Positions 23,096 to 33,723 of a stretch of DNA of 64,000 nt are shown piece after piece; positions within the stretch are counted from its first letter, which is position 1; every line of letters starts with the position of its first letter. The position numbers were made by a program, and so were the translations under genes. The stretch covers positions 876,541 to 940,540 of the forward strand of contig CAWJKZ010000014.1 in the NCBI GenBank assembly GCA_963843575.1, in the 5' to 3' direction. The DNA is from an uncultured Acidobacteriota bacterium. GTDB taxonomy: Bacteria; Acidobacteriota; UBA6911. The notes beneath the pieces were generated by a model that was not told where the DNA came from, did not search any database, and was given only the letters and a program-made list of their open reading frames with translations.

Positions 23096-24307
23096 TCAGA
23101 CACCGCTGCCGCGCAGGTCGAGGAGCCTGGAGACCTCGTCGACGTCCTTGTCGCCGCGCCCCGACAGATTGATCACCACGACCGCGTCCGCCCCGAATTC
23201 GGCTTTGCGCCGGACCACTTCGGCGACGGCGTGGGCGCTCTCCAGTGCCGGGATGATCCCCTCGAGACGGCTCAGGAGTTGGAAGGCCTGGAGCGCCTCC
23301 TGGTCGGAGGCGGACGTGTATTCCACGCGCCCCGCGTCGTGCAGCAGGGAGTGTTCGGGCCCGACGGCTGCGTAATCCAGGCCGGCCGAAACCGAGTGCG
23401 TCGCGGCGATCTGACCCTCGTCGTCCTGGAGCACGTAGCTCTTGGTCCCCTGGAAGACCCCCACGCGCCCGCCGCCGAACCGCGCCGCGTGTTCACCCAG
23501 TCCCGTTCCCCGCCCGCCGGCCTCCACCCCGATCATGCGCACGCCCGATTCGCCCACGAACTCGTAAAACAGCCCGATGGCGTTGCTCCCCCCGCCGACA
23601 CAGGCGACCAGCACGTCCGGGGATCGCCCTTCGGCCGCGAGCACCTGCGCGCGCACCTCCCGGCCAATGACGGACTGGAATTCCCTGACCATCCAGGGGT
23701 ACGGGTGAGCTCCCAGGGCCGAACCCAGCAGGTAGTGCGTGTGGGCCACGTTTGTGACCCAGTCGCGCATCGCCTCGTTGATGGCGTCCTTCAGGGTGCG
23801 GCTGCCGCTGTCGACCGCGGTCACCCGGGCCCCCAGCAAGCGCATCCGAAACACGTTCAGGGACTGGCGCCGCATGTCCTCCGTCCCCATGTAGATCTCG
23901 CATTCCATGCCAAACAGGGCGCAGGCGGTCGCCGTCGCCACACCGTGCTGCCCGGCGCCGGTTTCGGCGATGATGCGCGACTTCCCCATGCGGCGGGCGA
24001 GGAGGATCTGGCCGAGTGCGTTGTTGATCTTGTGGGCGCCCGTGTGGTTCAGGTCTTCACGCTTGAGATACAGCCGTCCGCAACCGAGGTGGGCGCCGAG
24101 CCGCCGGGCTGGGGTCAGCGGCGTCGGTCGCCCGGAGTAGGTGCGGAACAGTTCGTTCAGCTCGGCCTCGAACGCGGGGTCGCGGCGCGCCGCCACATAC
24201 GCCTGCTCGAGCTCCCGCAGCGGGCTCATCAGGGTTTCGGGGACGAACCTGCCGCCGTAAGGGCCGAAGTGGCCGAGTTCGTCCGGCCCCGATTGCGCTA
24301 TTCGCAT
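23096..24307 (-). CDS. trpB: Tryptophan synthase beta subunit (intact)
   Basis: [43 protein letters not shown]. Confidence 0.97.
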   Translation of the reverse strand: MRIAQSGPDELGHFGPYGGRFVPETLMSPLRELEQAYVAARRDPAFEAELNELFRTYSGRPTPLTPARRLGAHLGCGRLYLKREDLNHTGAHKINNALGQILLARRMGKSRIIAETGAGQHGVATATACALFGMECEIYMGTEDMRRQSLNVFRMRLLGARVTAVDSGSRTLKDAINEAMRDWVTNVAHTHYLLGSALGAHPYPWMVREFQSVIGREVRAQVLAAEGRSPDVLVACVGGGSNAIGLFYEFVGESGVRMIGVEAGGRGTGLGEHAARFGGGRVGVFQGTKSYVLQDDEGQIAATHSVSAGLDYAAVGPEHSLLHDAGRVEYTSASDQEALQAFQLLSRLEGIIPALESAHAVAEVVRRKAEFGADAVVVINLSGRGDKDVDEVSRLLDLRGSGV

Positions 24308-24917
24308 TTTCGAACCTCGTCCATGAAGGCCACCAGCCGGGCCTTGTCCTTCTTGCCGGGGACCGACTCGACCCCGCTGCACACATCTACGGCGTACGGG
24401 CGAACGGTGCGAATCGCCGACCGGCACGTTCTCCGGCCTGAGTCCGCCGGCGAGAATGACCGGGTGCTGCCGACCCACGCGGGCCGCCACCTCCCAGTCG
24501 CACACCCTCCCGGTGCCGCCGAAGAGGAGCTCGTCCCGCGCGTCGAGCAGAAACGCGTGCACCGGGAACTCCGCGATCGATTCCGGCGTCGGCTCCGGCC
24601 CAACCCGCAGGGCCTTGATCAGGGTCCAGCCCGCCAGCGAACGGCAGTAGGCCGGCGTCTCATCGCCGTGCAGCTGCAGCGCCGTGATTCCCGACGCGCG
24701 CGCCGCGCCGGCGAAGGCGACGCCGTCGGGCTCGTTGACCAGCACGGCAACCCGCGCGGCGAAGGGCGGCAGCCGGCCGATGATGGCGCGCGCCGTCCGC
24801 CATGCTCACCCGGCGCGGGCTCCCCTCGTAGAAGTTGAAACCGAGCGCGTCGGCTCCGCAGTCCAGCGCCAGCGCCGCGTCTTCGTAGGACGTGATCCCG
24901 CAGACCTTCACCTTCAT
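24298..24917 (-). CDS. trpF: Phosphoribosylanthranilate isomerase (two frameshifts)
   Basis: [18 protein letters not shown]; QLHGDE, GGTG, ILAGGL; VDVCSGVE across three frames. Confidence 0.88.
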
Positions 24918-24927
24918 CGCATCCGCC

Positions 24928-25750
24928 TCAGGAGCCGCCACCCAGCAGCGCGCGCAGCGCGGCTCCGGGCGATGCGGCGCGCATCAGCGCTTCTCCGACC
25001 AGGAAACCGCGAAATCCGGCTTCCCGCAGCAGCGCGATGTCCGCCGGGGTCTTGATGCCGCTTTCGGCCACCAGGACCACTCCCTCGGGAACCAGGCGGG
25101 CCAAGCGTGTTCCCGTCTCGATAGAGACTTCGAACGTCCTCAGGTCCCTGTTGTTGATCCCGACCAGAGTGGCCCCCGAGCCGAGCGCGCGCCGCAGTTC
25201 GTCCTCCGCGTGCACTTCGACCAGCGCTTCCATCCCCCAGCGTTCGGCTTCCATCCGCAGCGCGCGCAGCGAGGCCTCGTCGAGGAGCGCTGCGATCAGC
25301 AGCACGGCGTCGGCGCCCGCGTGACGCGCCTCCAGCACCTGGTAGGGGTCCAGGAGGAAGTCCTTGCGCAGCAGCGGCAGCCGGGTGTGCCAGCGCAGCC
25401 GCGCCAGGTTCTCCAACCCACCCGTGGAAGTGCTGCACCTCGGTGATCACCGAGATGGCGGCGGCACCCGCCGCCTCGTATTCCAGGGCTATTCTGACGG
25501 CGTCGAAGTCGGGGCGCAGCAGCCCGGCGGAGGGCGAGGCCTTCTTCAGCTCCGCAATGATCGCCGGGGACCGGCGCGTCAGCGCCCGCTTAAGCGACCT
25601 CGGTTCCGGGGCCCGATCGAGCGCATCGACGATGGCGGCTGCAGGCCACTTCGCCGAAGCCCCGGCGAGCTCCCGAAGTTTCGTACGAACGATGCCCTCC
25701 AGGACGGTCCCTTCCAGGCCGGCGGGCAGACTGTAGTCCGGTGTAGTCAT
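24928..25750 (-). CDS. trpC: Indole-3-glycerol phosphate synthase (frameshift near 25420)
   Basis: [18 protein letters not shown]; LRKDF, GINNRDL, VAESGI, LVGE. Confidence 0.9.
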
Positions 25751-25753
25751 GCA

Positions 25754-26321
<568 letters not shown>

Positions 26322-26372
26322 GTCGGGAACACACTCGCAGGGCGTCGGGTCGCTCGACCCGGCCCCGCTGTT

Positions 26373-27853
26373 TCAGCGCAGCCCCCCGTGGGCAAATTCG
26401 ATCGCGCGCAGCAGCGCCTGCGCCTTGTTCACCGACTCCTGCCACTCGCGCTGCGGGACCGAATCGGCCACGATGCCTCCGCCCGCCTGCGCGAACGCCC
26501 GGTTGCCCTTGATGACCAGGGTTCTCAGGGCGATGCACGTGTCGAGGTTCCCCGAAAAGTCGACATACCCGACGGCCCCGCCGTAGACCCCGCGCCGGCA
26601 GGGCTCCAGTTCCTCGATGATCTCCATCGCCCGCACCTTGGGAGCGCCGGAAACGGTGCCCGCAGGCAGGCAGGCGCGGAGCGCGTCGAAACAATCCAGT
26701 CCCGCCCTCAGTCTGCCTTCGATGCTGCTGACGAGGTGCATGACGTGACTGTACCGCTCGACCCGCATCAGGTCGGTCACCTTGACGCTCCCGTAGTCGC
26801 AGACCCGCCCGACGTCGTTGCGGCCCAGATCGACCAGCATGACGTGCTCGGCGCGTTCCTTCTCGTCGGCCTGCAGCTCCGCCGCCAGCTGCGCATCCTG
26901 CTCCGGCGTCGCGCCCCGGGGCCGCGTTCCCGCGATCGGGCCGTACTCGACCTTCCCGTCGCGCACCTTGACCAGCATCTCCGGGGACGAGCCGACCAGC
27001 TGCAGCGCGTCCATCCGCAGGAAGAACATGTATGGGGAAGGATTGATGAACCGGAGCGCCCGGTAGATGTCGAACGGGTCGCAGCCGATCTCGAGCCCCA
27101 TGCGCTGGGAGAGGACCACCTGAAAAATGTCGCCGGCCTGGATGTAATCCTTCGCCCTGAGCACGCGGGCGCCGTACTCTTCCTCCGACAGATTCGACGA
27201 CCGGGGCCGGATTCAGCGCCGCGGCGCGAGGCGCCGGCATCGAGAGGGGATCCGTGAGGCGGCGCTCGATCTGCTCGAGCCGCTGCACCGCATCCCCGTA
27301 TCGCGCCTCCAGGCTCGGCGCACCGCGGCCGTTCAGGATGTTCGCGATGATGTGAATCCGGTGCCGCAGGTGGTCGAACGCCAGGACCGTCGAGAAGTAC
27401 ATCAGGTGAAAGTCGTCCAGCTCCAGGTCGTCGACCGCCCGGCACGGCAGGGACTCGACCGAACGCACGAGGTCGTAGCCGAAGTAGCCGACTGCCCCTC
27501 CGGCGAAGGGCGGCAGGTCCGGCACCGGGGCCGGGCGGAACGACGCGGCGAAATCCCGCAGCACCTGGAACGGGTCCCCCCTGACCGTACGCTGTTCCCC
27601 GAGTTCTTCGATCGTGATCGAGTCCCCGCGTCCCTCGAATGACCACAAACGGATCCCACCCGATGAAGGAGTAGCGCCCCAGACGTTCGCCCCCCTCGAC
27701 GCTTTCCAGCAGGAAAACGCGCCTCCGGCCCTGGGCGACCCGCAGGAACGCAGCCGCCGGCGTCAGCAGGTCGGCCAGCAGGGTCCTGCGCACCGGGATC
27801 ACGTTTCCCCGGGCGGCAAGCTCTTCGATCACGCCGAACGGCGTTTCGGCCAT
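26373..27853 (-). CDS. trpE: Anthranilate synthase component I (frameshifts near 27200 and 27635)
   Basis: [66 protein letters not shown]. Confidence 0.92.
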
Positions 27854-27872
27854 CTCCCCCTCGTCAAGAAAC

Positions 27873-27911
27873 AAAAAAAGCCGTGAACGCCTCGAGTCGT
27901 TCACGGCTTTT
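27873..27911 (-). terminator. Attenuator (intrinsic) terminator upstream of trpE
   Basis: mRNA AAAAGCCGUGAACG-ACUCGAGG-CGUUCACGGCUUUUUUU. Confidence 0.9.
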
Positions 27912-27935
27912 GATCACCCCTTTTATTTCCAGGTT

Positions 27936-28019
27936 TCAGGGTACCGGCAGCGAACGAACTCGGGCGTACCGCGACGCCCATCGCCAATACCAGTAATTTA
28001 CCTGAAACGTATATCTCAT
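27936..28019 (-). CDS. Leader peptide of the trp-aroF-tyrA operon (27 aa, MRYTFQVNYWYWRWASRYARVRSLPVP)
   Basis: ATG at 28019, TGA at 27938-27936; 3 Trp, 4 Tyr and 1 Phe codons; followed by alternative hairpins and a terminator. Confidence 0.85.
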   Translation of the reverse strand: MRYTFQVNYWYWRWASRYARVRSLPVP

Positions 28020-28331
28020 TTTGCCCTTGGCGCTACTTTTTAACACAGGTCGGGCGCCGGAGCAACACTTTCCCGGCTTTCCTTTGCCCCCGGCGCGGCG
28101 GCATCCGGCGCCGGGGGTGCGGCTGCCCCGTGTGTCCGAACTGCAACAACGGCTCCGCCCGCACGCACTTCATGCCGGCGGCCGCCGCCATCCATGATGA
28201 GGGTATTCAATGGATTGCAGTTTTTTGCGATGTACCCTTCGACTGGTACGAAATTTGCTCGAATGTAGCGTTTTGGCGTACGAGGTTCCGGATCGTGTCA
28301 TTGCCGAGCCAAACCCCCGCGAGAGGATTCG

Positions 28332-29228
28332 ATGCTGAGATTCCAGAGGACGCTGCGCCAGGAGATACACCTCGAGGGCATAGGACTTCACACCGGCTAC
28401 CCGGTCAAGGTAACCCTGGTGCCGGCACCCGCGAACACCGGCATCGTTTTCCGACGCACCGATCTCAGAAACTTCGAGATCGAGGCGACCCGGGCTCACG
28501 TGGCGCGCGTCAGCTACGCGACCACGCTGATGAAGAAAGGGGTGATGATCTCGACCGTCGAGCACCTTCTGTCGGCGCTTTACGGGCTGGGGGTGGACAA
28601 CCTGCACATCGACCTGGACTCGATGGAAGTCCCGATCATGGACGGCAGCGGGCGCCTGTTCATGGAGGAGATTCAGAGGACCGGCATCGTCGACCAGCGG
28701 GAGGAGCGGCGCTACCTGCTGATCCAGGAACCCATCGAGGTGCGGCAGGGCGACAAGGTGGCCGGCGTCTACCCGAACCTGGTGCCCAAGGCCACCTACA
28801 TGATCGACTTCGAGCACGCCGCCATCGGCCGGCAGGAGATCGAGATCGAACTCACCCCGGCGTCGTACCGCCGCGAGATCGGCACGGCCCGGACATTCGG
28901 GTTCGTTGCCGACGTCGAATACCTCAAGAAGTGCGGCCTCATCCGCGGGGGATCGCTCGAAAACGCCGTAGTACTCGACGAATCCGGCATCGTCAACGAC
29001 CACCTCCGCTTTCCGGACGAATTCGTGCGCCACAAACTGCTCGATCTGCTCGGCGACATATCGCTGGTGGGCTACCCCGTCATAGGCCATTTGTTTGCCA
29101 GCAAGGCCGGACACGCGATCCACACGGCGCTGGCGGACCAGATCGACCGATCGCGCGGCCGGTGCTGCCGCATCTGTTCCTGCGCGGAAATCGAGAGCCT
29201 GACGGCCGCGCGGGCCGTCCCGGCCTGA
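28332..29228 (+). CDS. lpxC: UDP-3-O-acyl-N-acetylglucosamine deacetylase
   Basis: GIGLHTG, TVEHLLSAL, EVPIMDGS, ARTFGF, HKLLDLLGD, GH. Confidence 0.97.
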   Translation: MLRFQRTLRQEIHLEGIGLHTGYPVKVTLVPAPANTGIVFRRTDLRNFEIEATRAHVARVSYATTLMKKGVMISTVEHLLSALYGLGVDNLHIDLDSMEVPIMDGSGRLFMEEIQRTGIVDQREERRYLLIQEPIEVRQGDKVAGVYPNLVPKATYMIDFEHAAIGRQEIEIELTPASYRREIGTARTFGFVADVEYLKKCGLIRGGSLENAVVLDESGIVNDHLRFPDEFVRHKLLDLLGDISLVGYPVIGHLFASKAGHAIHTALADQIDRSRGRCCRICSCAEIESLTAARAVPA

Positions 29229-29275
29229 CCGGCCGGACGGAGCCCCGTCCCCACCCCGGCATCATCCCACCGAGG

Positions 29276-30043
29276 CTATTTCGGCGGTTCGGGTTTGACG
29301 AAAAAACTGTCCGGAAGGCTGTTGTTGTAAGTGAGCTTCAGGACAAACAGCTGGGAGGATTTGACCCCGTTGACGAAACCGTCGACGCGCAGGGGCGTGT
29401 TCACTCCCTGGATCGTGTGCCACTGGCTGAATTCCTGTACGTGCCGCTGCCTGACACCCTTCTTGTCGAGGCTCCGGTACTCGATCTTGGAGGGTAACGA
29501 CGACATCCGGTCGAAGTACACCGTCACCTCGTCGTTGTCCGAGTCGAGGAGTTTCACCATCTCGAGCCTTACATCCGCCCCCTCTCCCGGGCCTAGATAG
29601 AAGAGCTTGTTCCCCGGGTCCTTGTAGCGATAGCGGAAGATGGCGTCGATGCTGTGCCTGACGTCGTTACGGAAACCTTTCATCTCCTCCGGGGTGGCCG
29701 CCCGCGTGTCCTTCTGACCCTCCAGGATCCACCCCTCGCCCGTCTCGAGGTTGAACACGGTCACATCTCGTAGTTTCTTCTTGTTCCCCACCTCGTTCCG
29801 GCTTTTGTCGGGCAGCTTGGTCCAGTCGCTGTATTTGATCAACCCTGAGGAATTGCCGTCCCGGTCGAAGAAGAAGAGGCTGCCCTCCGACACGATGTCC
29901 TTCACGCCCAGGTAGGCCTCCCCGCCCATGGCCTCTATCGCCTGGGCAAAGAGCTTCTGGATTCGTTCCTCGTCCTGCGCAGAGGCGGCGCGGGACAGCG
30001 CGAGGCCGATGAGGGCAATAAGAGCGATCGTCGTTTTCTTCAT
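29276..30043 (-). CDS. Secreted outer-membrane lipoprotein-sorting-like protein
   Basis: Signal peptide MKKTTIALIAL...ASAQ, AIEAMGG, beta-rich body. Confidence 0.6.
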   Translation of the reverse strand: MKKTTIALIALIGLALSRAASAQDEERIQKLFAQAIEAMGGEAYLGVKDIVSEGSLFFFDRDGNSSGLIKYSDWTKLPDKSRNEVGNKKKLRDVTVFNLETGEGWILEGQKDTRAATPEEMKGFRNDVRHSIDAIFRYRYKDPGNKLFYLGPGEGADVRLEMVKLLDSDNDEVTVYFDRMSSLPSKIEYRSLDKKGVRQRHVQEFSQWHTIQGVNTPLRVDGFVNGVKSSQLFVLKLTYNNSLPDSFFVKPEPPK

Positions 30044-30100
30044 AGGGATTGGAATGTGCCAAAACGTGGACGGCAGTCCCTCCCCCGACTCCGCCACGCG

Positions 30101-31126
30101 TCAGTTGCCAACCAGCTTCGAGTAGAGTCTTCGGGCTTCCCCGACGTCCTGGGTTCCCCGAATGATGGCGCGCCCGTCGCGGAAGACGGCCACCTCGCGT
30201 TCGCCGAGATCGGCTTTTACCAGAAAACTGTTGGAGGTTACCGATCCGACGCCGGCGAGGCGCTCGGCGACGGCAGCCAGGTCCACGGACCCGGCCCGGG
30301 CCGACCACACCTGGACCGCGTTGCGGCCGCAGAGCGCTTCCGCCCTGGATTCCCGCTCTCCCGCCAGAAACTCGTAGCGCCCCTCGGCGCAGGCGGGACA
30401 CGAGGCGTCCCTCTCCCCCCGGGTGCCGATGGCGGACATGCGGTTCTCCCACAAATCGATCGCGACCAAGCTCCGGTTCACCTGGTCAAGGCGCCCGGTG
30501 AGGATCTTCATGGCCTCCGCGGCTTCGAAGGCGGCGACCAGGTGCACGACCGCGCCGATCACCCCGACCGTGTCGCAGGTGGGGGAGCTGCCCGGGACGG
30601 GGAGCTGCCGCATCACGCAGCGCAGGCAGGAGGTGACGCCCGGCACGATCGTCATGCAGATCCCGTATGCCCCCACGCAGGCACCGTACGTCCAGGGGAT
30701 GCGCCATTTCAGCGCGGCGTCGTTCAGGAGGTAACGCGTTTCGAAATTGTCGGTGCCGTCCAGGATCAGGTTCATCCCGGCAACCAGCGGCCCGATCGTC
30801 GAGGGGCGAACGTCCTCGACCTTCCCGACGAGCTCGATCGAACTGTTGATCTCCCGCAGGTGCCGGACCGCGGCCTCGGCCTTGGGGAGCCCCTCGCGGC
30901 AGTCGGCCTCCGTGTAGAGCGATTGCCTCTGCAGGTTCGAGTCGTCGATGTAGTCCCGGTCCACGAGCGTGACGTGCCCCACCCCCGCCCGCACCAGTAT
31001 CTCCGCGATGACGGAGCCGAGAGCGCCGCAGCCGACCACGAGGATGCGGCTCCCGCCCAACCTGGCCTGACCTTCAACCCCTATTTCCCGGAACAGGATC
31101 TGACGCGAATAACGCCCCTCAAACAT
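30101..31126 (-). CDS. ThiF/MoeB family adenylyltransferase
   Basis: RYSRQ, VGCGALG, DRD..SNLQRQ, DGTDNF, CLRC, CPAC, LCGRNAVQ. Confidence 0.9.
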   Translation of the reverse strand: MFEGRYSRQILFREIGVEGQARLGGSRILVVGCGALGSVIAEILVRAGVGHVTLVDRDYIDDSNLQRQSLYTEADCREGLPKAEAAVRHLREINSSIELVGKVEDVRPSTIGPLVAGMNLILDGTDNFETRYLLNDAALKWRIPWTYGACVGAYGICMTIVPGVTSCLRCVMRQLPVPGSSPTCDTVGVIGAVVHLVAAFEAAEAMKILTGRLDQVNRSLVAIDLWENRMSAIGTRGERDASCPACAEGRYEFLAGERESRAEALCGRNAVQVWSARAGSVDLAAVAERLAGVGSVTSNSFLVKADLGEREVAVFRDGRAIIRGTQDVGEARRLYSKLVGN

Positions 31127-31293
31127 CGCACACCCTGGAGATAGTCCCAGAAATGATATCAGAACGGGCCTGCCCGGGGGACCGACTTTGAAGTGGGACT
31201 CCCGTCCCGCATCCGCCCGCCGCCCCGGAGGGCGCCCGCCTGCCCGAATGCGGGCCGCGAGGGAAAGGGACGTGCTAGAATGGAACTTCGACC

Positions 31294-33717
31294 ATGCAAA
31301 AGAAGAAGCGCACCGTCCGACCCAGGACCGGCAAAAAGCCAGCTCGGAAGCATTGGCTGCTGAAGATCCTGGTGGCGGTTTGCGCGCTCCCGGCTATCGT
31401 CGTGGCCGCGTTCCTGATCCGCTATTACTACGTTTTCGACGGCTTGATCCAGGAGAAGCTGGCCAAGCGCTACGACGTTTCGGAAACCGAGATCTACGCC
31501 CGGCCGGTGCTGCTCTACCCCGGACGGCAGATGGCGCCCGCGGAGCTGATCGGCCGGTTGCGCAGGCTTGGCTACACGGAGGCCTCCGGCACGCGGGACA
31601 CGACGGGCTCCACCTACGAGGTCGTGAAGGACCGCATCTCGATTCACAACGACGCGTCCGCCCCCCACAACGCGGGCGATTCGGTGGAAGTCCTCTGCTC
31701 CACCTCCGCGATCCGTTCGATCCGCAGCCTCCGGAACCGCGCCGTCGTCGAGCGGTTCGCGCTCAAGCCGGAGATGCTGAGCACGACGATCAACAAGAAC
31801 CGCGAGAAGCGCAGATACGTGGCCTTCCGCGATCTGCCCAAGATCGTCGTGGACGCCATAGTGGCCTCGGAAGATCGCCGCTTCTTCAGCCACGGCGGCG
31901 TCGACCCGATCCGCATCATCAAGGCTCTCTTCGTCGACATGCGCCAGGGGGACAAAGTACAGGGGGCGAGCACTCTCACACAGCAGTTCGTGAAAAACTA
32001 CTTCCTGACCCCCGAAAAGACCTGGAAACGCAAGATCACCGACGCCTACATGTCGATCCTCCTCGAGCAGAGGCTGTCCAAGCAGGAGATCTTCGAGCTG
32101 TACTGCAACGACGTCTACCTCGGGCAGCGGGGGTCGTTCAGCATCGTCGGGGTCGGGGAAGGCGCGGAGGCCTTCTTCCACAAGAACGTGAGGGAGCTGA
32201 CCGCGGGCGAAGCGGCAATGATGGCCGGCATCATCACCGCGCCCAACCGGTTCAACCCGATTCGATACCCCGACAGGGCGACCAACCGCCGCAATCTCGT
32301 TCTGGACGCCATGGCGGAGGAGGGCATGATCACGCCCCGCGAGCGGGACGAGGCGAAGCAGAAGCCGCTCGACGTGAAGCCGTCCACGATCCTGAATTAC
32401 TCGGACGCCCCGTATTTCGTGGACTACGTCCAGGACCTGCTCGTGGACAGGTACGGCGACGGGGCCCTTGTCGGCGCCCGGTACAAGGTGTACTCGACCC
32501 TCGACCCCGAGCTCCAGCAGAGGGCTTTCGAGTCGGTCCGCGAGGGGATCCAGGATATGGATGCCTACTTCGCGAAGGGGAAGCGGGCGATCGCGCCGGG
32601 CACGGTTCAGGCCAGCCTCATCGCCGTCGACCCGCGGTCGGGCGAGATCCTGGCCATGATCGGCGGGCGGAACTACGGAGCGACCCAGTTTAATCGTATC
32701 ACCCAGGCCAAGCGTCAGCCGGGAAGCATCTTCAAGCCGTTCGTCTACGCGACGGCGCTGGAGAGCGGTTATCACAGCTCGACTCCCTTGACCGTGGTGT
32801 CGACGGTGCTGGACGAGCCGACCCAGTTTGCATTCGAGGACCTCGCCTACGAACCCCGCAATTTCAAGGACGAGTACTTTGGCCAGGTTACGATGCGCCA
32901 GGCGATCACCAAGTCGCTCAACGTCGCGACGATCAAGTTCGCCGAGAAGGTGGGGTACGCCAAGGTGACCGAGATCGCCCACAGGCTCGGACTCAACGAG
33001 CTGATCAAACCATATCCGGCGATGGCCATCGGCGCCTTCGAAGTCACCCCGCTGGAGATGGTGCGCGCCTACACCGCCTTCGCAAACGGTGGGTTGCTCG
33101 CCGAGTTGACGCCGATCTCGGAAATCCGGGACGCCGGGCAGCGGCGCGTGTTCCTGAGCGAACCCAAACCGACCCAAGTCCTGAGCCCGGAGATCTCGTT
33201 CCTCGTCACTTCCCTGCTCCGCTCGGTGATCGACCACGGGACCGGCGCCGGCGTGCGCTCCCGGGGATTCACGCTGCCGGCCGCGGGCAAGACGGGCACG
33301 TCAAGGGACGGCTGGTTCGCGGGCTACACCCCCGACCTGTTGTGCATCGTCTGGGTGGGGTTCGACGACAATCGCGAGCTAAATCTCTCGGGTTCGCAGA
33401 GCGCGCTGCCGATATGGACATCGTTCATGAAGAAGGCGACCGCCATCGTTCCCCTGCGCGGCGGGGAATTCCCCGTCCCGGAAGGGCTGCCGGAAGTTGA
33501 GATCGACCCCACCACGGGGCTGCGCGCGACAGAACGATGCATCGAACGCCAGACGGAGTACTTCATCAGGGGAACCGAGCCGACGCTTTTCTGCTACGGG
33601 AATAGCTACGAACAGATGCTGGGAGTCAACCCCACCAGCATCTACGCCAGCCCGGCGAAAGAGCCGGGCAACGAAAAAACGGCCCCTGCCGAGGAGAAAA
33701 AGAAGCCGACGTCGTAA
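31294..33717 (+). CDS. Class A penicillin-binding protein (PBP1A/1B)
   Basis: EDRRFFSHGG, GASTLTQQ transglycosylase motifs; SIFK, SLN, KTG transpeptidase motifs; UB2H-like region. Confidence 0.93.
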   Translation: MQKKKRTVRPRTGKKPARKHWLLKILVAVCALPAIVVAAFLIRYYYVFDGLIQEKLAKRYDVSETEIYARPVLLYPGRQMAPAELIGRLRRLGYTEASGTRDTTGSTYEVVKDRISIHNDASAPHNAGDSVEVLCSTSAIRSIRSLRNRAVVERFALKPEMLSTTINKNREKRRYVAFRDLPKIVVDAIVASEDRRFFSHGGVDPIRIIKALFVDMRQGDKVQGASTLTQQFVKNYFLTPEKTWKRKITDAYMSILLEQRLSKQEIFELYCNDVYLGQRGSFSIVGVGEGAEAFFHKNVRELTAGEAAMMAGIITAPNRFNPIRYPDRATNRRNLVLDAMAEEGMITPRERDEAKQKPLDVKPSTILNYSDAPYFVDYVQDLLVDRYGDGALVGARYKVYSTLDPELQQRAFESVREGIQDMDAYFAKGKRAIAPGTVQASLIAVDPRSGEILAMIGGRNYGATQFNRITQAKRQPGSIFKPFVYATALESGYHSSTPLTVVSTVLDEPTQFAFEDLAYEPRNFKDEYFGQVTMRQAITKSLNVATIKFAEKVGYAKVTEIAHRLGLNELIKPYPAMAIGAFEVTPLEMVRAYTAFANGGLLAELTPISEIRDAGQRRVFLSEPKPTQVLSPEISFLVTSLLRSVIDHGTGAGVRSRGFTLPAAGKTGTSRDGWFAGYTPDLLCIVWVGFDDNRELNLSGSQSALPIWTSFMKKATAIVPLRGGEFPVPEGLPEVEIDPTTGLRATERCIERQTEYFIRGTEPTLFCYGNSYEQMLGVNPTSIYASPAKEPGNEKTAPAEEKKKPTS

Positions 33718-33723
33718 GGAGGG

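Noticed and set aside
23096-24745. Apparent 549-aa TrpF-TrpB fusion in the ORF track
   Set aside because: Artefact of the trpF frameshifts; trpB has its own ATG at 24307 and the trpF C-terminus is in another frame
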